DNA of 64,000 nt from Phycisphaerales bacterium (lineage in GTDB: Bacteria > Planctomycetota > Phycisphaerae > Phycisphaerales > UBA1924). The translations under genes and the position numbers were made by a program. How positions within the stretch are numbered: the stretch's first letter is position 1; each line of letters opens with the position of its first letter. Where the stretch lies: assembly GCA_036392375.1 (NCBI GenBank), contig DASVYC010000054.1, forward strand, positions 9,200 to 73,199, read 5' to 3'. Under the pieces are notes generated by a model that worked only from the letters and a program-made list of their open reading frames with translations, searched no databases and was not told where the DNA came from. Positions 59,010-64,000 of the stretch are shown here, one piece after another.

Positions 59010-59038
59010 TCGAAACCGCCCACCGGAAGGGGTATAGT
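59010..59038 (+). promoter_or_regulatory. candidate promoter for tRNA-Val (TCGAAA-N17-TATAGT)
   Basis: -10 TATAGT (59033-59038) lies 10 nt before the mature tRNA 5' end. -35 TCGAAA (59010-59015). Confidence 0.3.
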
Positions 59039-59048
59039 CGGGGCCTTG

Positions 59049-59122
59049 GGGCGCGTAGCTCAGTTGGCTAGAGCGCGGCTGTCACATAGCCGAGGTCACA
59101 GGTTCGAGCCCTGTCGCGCCCA
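59049..59122 (+). tRNA. tRNA-Val (anticodon CAC)
   Basis: GGGCGCGTAGCTCAGTTGGCTAGAGCGCGGCTGTCACATAGCCGAGGTCACAGGTTCGAGCCCTGTCGCGCCCA. Perfect 7-bp acceptor stem; anticodon loop GTCACAT. Confidence 0.9.
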
Positions 59123-59134
59123 TTCGACCCGTTC

Positions 59135-59163
59135 AAGCCCTGTTTCTCAGGGCTTTTTCTTTT
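59135..59163 (+). terminator. rho-independent terminator after tRNA-Val
   Basis: Stem AAGCCCTG/CAGGGCTT with a 5-nt loop, followed by TTTCTTTT. Confidence 0.75.
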
Positions 59164-59242
59164 GGTCCATCGGCGTTCGCGACACGATCCAAGCTGCAAC
59201 CGGCCGATTCGAGCCGCCATTCGATTGGCCGCGGCTCATCCG

Positions 59243-60619
59243 TCAGGCACCGAGCCGTTGCCGAGCCGCGAGGATGGCCGCCGCCACGGCTTCCGGGCCC
59301 GTGCCGCCAGGGATCTCACGCCGCTTCAGGCCGTTCTCGAGCTTCAGCGATTCGTACACCTCGTGATCCACTCGGGCGTCGATCGACCGCATCTCCGCCA
59401 GCGGCAAGTCCTCAAGGCGTGCCGCCTTCGCGATCGCGTGGCGCACGAGCTTGCCGACCACATCGTGGGCCTCGCGGAAGGGGATGCCCTTGGCCACGAG
59501 GTAGTCCGCCAGTTCGGTCGCGTTGGCGTAGCCGTCGAGCGCGGTGTCGCGGGCCCGAGCTTCACGCACCTTGAGCGTGTCGAGCACTCGTACCAAGACC
59601 CGCAGGCACATCGAGAGCTGCCGCATCGCGTCGATCAGTGGCTCCTTGTCTTCCTGCAGGTCCTTGTTGTACGCGAGGGGGAGACCCTTCACGGTCATCG
59701 ACATGGTGGCGAGCGCACCGAAGATGCGCCCGCACTTGCCGCGGATGAGCTCGCAGGCGTCCGGGTTCTTCTTCTGCGGCATCAGGCTGCTGCCGCTGCT
59801 CACGCTGTCGTGCATCTCGACGACGCCGAACTCCTGGCTGGCGAAGAGAATCAGGTCCTCGGCGAGGCGAGAGAGGTGGATGGCGCAGTTCGAAGCCGCG
59901 GCGAGCGTTTCAATCACGAAGTCACGATCGCTGGTCGCGTCGAGGCTGTTGCGCGTCGGCACGTCGAAGCCGAGGTCCTTGGCGATCTGCTCGCGGTTGA
60001 CCTGATAGGTCGTGCCGGCGAGAGCGCCCGAGCCGAGCGGGCAGACGTTGACGCGTTTGCGGGCATCGGCGAAGCGGGCCGCGTCGCGTTCGAGCATCTC
60101 TTGGTACGCGAGCGCCCAGTGCGCGAAGAGGATCGGCTGGGCCCGCTGCAGGTGGGTGTAGCCCGAAGTCACGACGGTCTTGGTGCGATCGGCGAGGTCA
60201 ATCAGGGCGCGGCGTGCGTCCTTGAGCTCGGCGAACCGGGCATCGATCTCGGCACGAACGTACAACCGGAAATCCGTCGCCACCTGGTCATTGCGGCTAC
60301 GCCCGGTGTGGAGCTTCTTGCCGAGGTCCCCCACCGCTTCGATGAGACGGCGCTCGACCCATGAGTGGATGTCCTCGTCGGAATCGGCGAGGGGAAGGGT
60401 GGGAGTATCTGAGATCTGAGATCTCAAATTTGAGAGCGCTGCGGTGAGGCGTGCCAGCTCGTCAGCGCTCAGCACGCCGGCGCGGTGGATCGCCTTGGCC
60501 CACGCGATCGAGCCGTCGATGTCCTGCAGCGCGAGCGCGGCATCGACCGGCAGCGAGTCGTTGAAGAGCTTGAAGAGCTCGTCGGGCTTGGTTTCGAATC
60601 GACCGCCCCAAAGGGCCAT
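59243..60619 (-). CDS. argH: argininosuccinate lyase
   Basis: Start at the ATG ending at 60619 (MALWGGRFE). Signature GSSLMPQKKNPD. Confidence 0.93.
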   Translation of the reverse strand: MALWGGRFETKPDELFKLFNDSLPVDAALALQDIDGSIAWAKAIHRAGVLSADELARLTAALSNLRSQISDTPTLPLADSDEDIHSWVERRLIEAVGDLGKKLHTGRSRNDQVATDFRLYVRAEIDARFAELKDARRALIDLADRTKTVVTSGYTHLQRAQPILFAHWALAYQEMLERDAARFADARKRVNVCPLGSGALAGTTYQVNREQIAKDLGFDVPTRNSLDATSDRDFVIETLAAASNCAIHLSRLAEDLILFASQEFGVVEMHDSVSSGSSLMPQKKNPDACELIRGKCGRIFGALATMSMTVKGLPLAYNKDLQEDKEPLIDAMRQLSMCLRVLVRVLDTLKVREARARDTALDGYANATELADYLVAKGIPFREAHDVVGKLVRHAIAKAARLEDLPLAEMRSIDARVDHEVYESLKLENGLKRREIPGGTGPEAVAAAILAARQRLGA

Positions 60620-60656
60620 GCGATCACTCCCGTGGCGTCGCCGCGATCGGCAGGTG

Positions 60657-61868
60657 TCAGTGCGCGATCCCGGCCTTCTTGAGCGCCGCAATCCGCTCCG
60701 GCAGGCTCAACAACTTGATAAACCCGCCGGCGTCCTTGTGCTCGTAGATCTCGCCCTTCTCGAAAGTGACGACCTTCTCGGCGTAGAGCGAGTTGGGGCT
60801 CTTGCGCTTGATCGCGGTCGCGGTGCCCTTGTACAGACGCACCACGATCTCGCCGGTCAGGCGCTCGCTGCTCTTCTGGATCGCGGCCCACAGGGTCTCG
60901 CGGTAGGGCGTGAACCAGCGGCCGTTGTAGACCACCTCGCCGAACCACAGAGCCAGGTGCTCCTTGAAATGGCGCGTCTCGCGGTCCTGCACGAGTTCCT
61001 CGATGCCCTTGATCGCTTCGCAGAGGATCGTGCCGCCCGGAGTCTCGTAGATGCCGCGGGACTTCATCCCCACGAGGCGGTTCTCGACGAGATCGACGCG
61101 ACCGACGCCGTGCTTGCCGCCGATGACGTTGAGCTTTTCGATGATCTTCCAGGCGAGCATCTTCTCGCCGTTGAGGGCGACGGGGCGACCGGCCTCGAAC
61201 GACAGCGTCACTTCCTCCGCCTTGTCCGGCGCCTTCTCCGGCGACACGGTGAGCATGAAGCAGTCTTCCGGCGGCGCGTTCCACGGGTCCTCGATGCTGC
61301 CGCCCTCGTGGCTGATGTGCCACAGGTTCCGGTCGCGGCTGTAGATCTTGGTCGCGCTCGCGGTGGTTGGGATGTTCCGTGCCTTCAAGTAGTCCAGCAT
61401 CGCGATGCGGCCGGTCAGCTTCCACTGATCCATGCGCCACGGAGCGATGATCTCCATGTCCGGCGCGAGGGCGGCGTACGCCGATTCGAAGCGGACCTGG
61501 TCGTTGCCCTTGCCGGTGCAGCCGTGGGCGAGGGCGTTGCAGCCGAACTTGCGGCCGGCCTCGACCTGAGCCTTAGCAAGAATCGGACGCGCCATCGCGG
61601 TGCCGAGCAGGTAGCGGCCTTCGTAGATGCAGCCCGCCATGACGGTGGGCATCACGAAGTCGTCCACGAACTCACGCTTGAGGTCGACGACCACGCAGTC
61701 CTTCGCGCCCGAGTCCTTGGCCTTCTTCTCGACGCCGACGAGCTCTTCCTCGCCCTGACCGACGTCTCCAACGACGGCGTAGACCTCGCAAGCCATGTTT
61801 TCTTTCAGCCACGGGATGATGACCGAGGTGTCCAGGCCGCCCGAGTACGCGAGTGCAATCTTCTTCAT
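60657..61868 (-). CDS. argG: argininosuccinate synthase
   Basis: [19 protein letters not shown]-binding motif. 403 aa, ArgG-like over its full length. Confidence 0.95.
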   Translation of the reverse strand: MKKIALAYSGGLDTSVIIPWLKENMACEVYAVVGDVGQGEEELVGVEKKAKDSGAKDCVVVDLKREFVDDFVMPTVMAGCIYEGRYLLGTAMARPILAKAQVEAGRKFGCNALAHGCTGKGNDQVRFESAYAALAPDMEIIAPWRMDQWKLTGRIAMLDYLKARNIPTTASATKIYSRDRNLWHISHEGGSIEDPWNAPPEDCFMLTVSPEKAPDKAEEVTLSFEAGRPVALNGEKMLAWKIIEKLNVIGGKHGVGRVDLVENRLVGMKSRGIYETPGGTILCEAIKGIEELVQDRETRHFKEHLALWFGEVVYNGRWFTPYRETLWAAIQKSSERLTGEIVVRLYKGTATAIKRKSPNSLYAEKVVTFEKGEIYEHKDAGGFIKLLSLPERIAALKKAGIAH

Positions 61869-61925
61869 CGTGATCTTCTTTCCAACGCCGCGCCCGGCGC
61901 GGGCGTGTGCGATGCGGTCTTCACC

Positions 61926-61975
61926 GATGCCTGATGCTTTAGCCTAGTGCCCGATGCCTAGTGCCAAGTGCCTTC
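61926..61975. repeat. cluster of GATGCC / TAGTGCC / AAGTGCC short repeats in the argF-argG spacer
   Basis: The plus strand reads GATGCCTGATGCTTTAGCCTAGTGCCCGATGCCTAGTGCCAAGTGCCTTCC. This is the reverse-complement flavour of the GGCATC repeats at 62957-62988. Confidence 0.5.
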
Positions 61976-61977
61976 CT

Positions 61978-62961
61978 TTACCCACACAACATATGCACCA
62001 GCAACGCCATCTGCGCGTGCATGCGGTTCTCCGCCTGATCAAAAACCACGGACTCCGTCGCGTCGATCACCTCGTCGGTGACCTCGCTGCCACGGTGGGC
62101 GGGGAGGCAGTGCATGAACAGGGCCCGCTGGCCGCTCGACAAGCCGCGGCTGGCCAGACCCATCAGGTTGGCGTTCACCTGGAAGGGTCGGAAGAGCTCG
62201 CGGACCCGCTCGGTCTCGCGTCCCTGACCCATGCTCACCCAAACGTCGGTGTAGACCGCGTCGTGGCCGGCGATGTCCGCCAGGTCGTGGCTGACCCTGA
62301 TCGTCGAGCCTGACTTGGCCGCGAAGCTGGCGCACTGCTTCATGATCGGCGTGCTCGGGTTGCGGCCGGGGGGCGTGAGCACGGTCACGTGCACGCCGAG
62401 GATCGCGCCCAGTTCCACCAGCGAGTGACAGACGTTGTTGCCGTCGCCGACATACGCCAGGCGGATGTCGTTCCACGCACGCTTGGGGAACTTCTCGCGG
62501 AGAGTCAGGTAGTCGGCCAGCGCCTGGCACGGGTGGTGCAGGTCGCTGAGCGCATTGATCACGGGCACGCGGCTGGCCTCACTCAGGTCTTCGAGGATGG
62601 TCTGCTTGTACACCCGAGCGACGATCGCATCGACCCAGCGTTCGAGGTTGTGGCCGTAGTCGGCGATCGTCTCGCGTTCGCCCAGCCGCTGCTCGCTGTG
62701 ATCGAGGTAGACCGCGTGTCCACCGAGCTTGTGGATGCCGACCTCGAACGACACGCGGGTGCGGAGCGAGGGCTTCTCGAAGAGCATCGCGACGGAGCGG
62801 CCGTCGAGCGCGTTGCGGTACGGTTTCACATCCTTCTTCAACGCCGCGGCGGTTGCAAACAGCGTCTCGACATCTTGGCGCGACAACGCCCCCAGCGACA
62901 ACAGGTCGTGCTCGCGGAGCGAGGTGATGAGCGGGACGATGGGGTGGGGAGTGGAAGGCAT
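61978..62961 (-). CDS. argF: ornithine carbamoyltransferase
   Basis: Motifs FEKPSLRTRVSFE, HPCQALAD and HCLPAHRG. The start is ambiguous: ATG ending at 62961 (MPSTPHP), ATG ending at 62985, or TTG ending at 62988, all inside an 8-bp tandem repeat. Confidence 0.9.
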   Translation of the reverse strand: MPSTPHPIVPLITSLREHDLLSLGALSRQDVETLFATAAALKKDVKPYRNALDGRSVAMLFEKPSLRTRVSFEVGIHKLGGHAVYLDHSEQRLGERETIADYGHNLERWVDAIVARVYKQTILEDLSEASRVPVINALSDLHHPCQALADYLTLREKFPKRAWNDIRLAYVGDGNNVCHSLVELGAILGVHVTVLTPPGRNPSTPIMKQCASFAAKSGSTIRVSHDLADIAGHDAVYTDVWVSMGQGRETERVRELFRPFQVNANLMGLASRGLSSGQRALFMHCLPAHRGSEVTDEVIDATESVVFDQAENRMHAQMALLVHMLCG

Positions 62962-62988
62962 CAAGGCATCCAGGCATCGAGGCATCAA
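62957..62988. repeat. four tandem 8-bp units GGCATCNA (GGCATCAA GGCATCCA GGCATCGA GGCATCAA) at the argF start
   Basis: Read directly from the sequence. On the coding strand it is TTGATGCC TCGATGCC TGGATGCC TTGATGCC, which places ATG triplets in all three frames. Confidence 0.7.
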
Positions 62989-63008
62989 GTGAAGAAACGC
63001 AGGTACGT

Positions 63009-63839
63009 TCAGCGGACGAAGCGTGTGCCGACGCTTTCGCCCTTGGTCCAGCGGATGAGGTGCTCCGGTCGGTCGCCGCTGAGGATGACGACGGGGATGC
63101 CGCTGGCCGCGACGGCGGAGGACGAGCGTGCCTTTGGGATCATGCCGCCGGTGATCTCGCCGCTGGCGATCAGACGCTCCACGTCGGCGTGCGTCAACTG
63201 CGGGATCACCTTGCCGTCCTGGCCCTTCACGCCTTCGACATCCGTGAGCAGCACGAGGGCCGCGGCCTTCAGCACTTTGGCAACGCCCGCGGCGGCGTCG
63301 TCGGCGTTCAGGTTCAGCGGCTCGCCGCGCTCGTCGAGTCCGATCGAGGACAGCACGGGGATGTAGCCGTTCGAGAGCAGCACGCGAGCGAGCTGGCCGT
63401 CCTGTTCTCGCACCACGACCTCACCGACGCGCCCCGGATCGAAGTCGAGACCTTGCATGACGCGCGACTGGACGAGCCCGCCGTCGCCGAGGCACAGACC
63501 GACGGGCTTGCCGCCGGCGCGGAGCAGGCAGCCCACGAGTGATTTGTTCACCGTGCCCGCGAGCACGCCGGTGATCTCGGGGATCTGATCGGTGGGCGTG
63601 ATTCGAAGTCCTTGCTTGCGCTCGGGCTTGATGGCGAGGCGGTCCATCAGCCGGTCCACCGCCTTGCCGCCGCCGTGGAGCAGTACGAGGCCGCCCGGAT
63701 GTGACTTGCCGAGCGCGACCAGCGACGCCCACATTTCCGGTGCGGCGGCCTGGGCCTCGAGCGTCGCGCCGCCGATCTTCACCACCAGCGGGCCGCTGGG
63801 GTTCGCACTCCCCGCGTTGTTGATCGCGGCGATGCTCAC
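63009..63839 (-). CDS. argB: acetylglutamate kinase
   Basis: Start placed at the GTG ending at 63839, overlapping the argC stop as GTGA ([11 protein letters not shown]). Motifs VVKIGG, LLHGGG and GMIPK. Confidence 0.9.
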   Translation of the reverse strand: MSIAAINNAGSANPSGPLVVKIGGATLEAQAAAPEMWASLVALGKSHPGGLVLLHGGGKAVDRLMDRLAIKPERKQGLRITPTDQIPEITGVLAGTVNKSLVGCLLRAGGKPVGLCLGDGGLVQSRVMQGLDFDPGRVGEVVVREQDGQLARVLLSNGYIPVLSSIGLDERGEPLNLNADDAAAGVAKVLKAAALVLLTDVEGVKGQDGKVIPQLTHADVERLIASGEITGGMIPKARSSSAVAASGIPVVILSGDRPEHLIRWTKGESVGTRFVR

Positions 63840-64000
63840 ACTCCGCCTCCCGCGCGCTTGCCGCCGAGCGCCTCGGTCTCGGCGATCCCGAATCGAATGT
63901 TCATGCACTGGATCGCCTGACCCGCGGCACCCTTCACCAAGTTGTCGATGCTGCTGACGGCGATCAAGTGCGAATGCTCGGTGTCGAGGGCCCAGCCGAT
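63836..64000 (-). CDS. argC: N-acetyl-gamma-glutamyl-phosphate reductase, C-terminal fragment (continues beyond the window)
   Basis: Hand translation of the minus strand gives ..[65 protein letters not shown] is the ArgC C-terminal signature. Confidence 0.85.
   Translation of the reverse strand: MGWALDTEHSHLIAVSSIDNLVKGAAGQAIQCMNIRFGIAETEALGGKRAGGGV

Noticed and set aside
60406-60440. AT-rich palindromic patch inside argH: tandem ATCTGAG ATCTGAG, two AGATCT sites, and the perfect 14-bp palindrome TCTCAAATTTGAGA at 60422-60435.
   Set aside because: It lies in-frame within a well-conserved ArgH ORF (encoding ..NLRSQISDT..) with no frame disruption. With only one occurrence I cannot distinguish a functional site from chance. 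It would only be worth rechecking if the motif recurs genome-wide.
62957-62988. CRISPR-like or minisatellite array.
   Set aside because: The units are only 8 bp with no spacers, and no cas genes are present. It is a short tandem repeat, reported as such.

Overview
High-GC bacterial chromosomal segment, densely coded and mostly core metabolism. The surface-protein repertoire (PEP-CTERM protein, dockerin-like Ca loops, giant FG-GAP protein), a type III glutamine synthetase and mostly weak Shine-Dalgarno signals suggest a Planctomycetota/PVC-like organism (inference only). Recognisable blocks: gpmI; an Hpt plus REC-GGDEF pair; nadK-dxs and ptsN-ispA; rsmB; a histidine kinase with a REC-XRE regulator; a pdhB-pdhC cluster interrupted by ORFans; a WecA-like transferase with an O-antigen-ligase/TPR protein; rlmN; ispH beside a squalene-synthase-like gene; a complete overlapping his operon (hisG-C-B-H-F-A/IE-D); sahR-ahcY-metF; map; trpA; glnN; a Ctp peptidase; and argC-B-F-G-H. 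There are four tRNAs (Asp-GTC, Met/Ile2-CAT, Glu-CTC, Val-CAC) and several clean intrinsic terminators. I found no transposase, integrase, CRISPR array, rRNA or recognisable defence system. The most notable find is absent from the ORF track: an 18-codon leader ORF with six consecutive His codons, a good promoter and a terminator/antiterminator set just upstream of hisG, which is a classic his attenuator layout. Other points worth a look are two unusual his fusions (HisC with a HAD-like tail, HisA-HisI-HisE), lower-GC ORFans inside the PDH cluster, an SahR-like regulator whose start codon lies in a palindrome, GGCATC-type repeats bracketing argF, and a hairpin-dense gene-free region at about 57.6-58.1 kb. 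Many long ORFs in the track are antisense or extension artefacts of the high GC content and were discarded.
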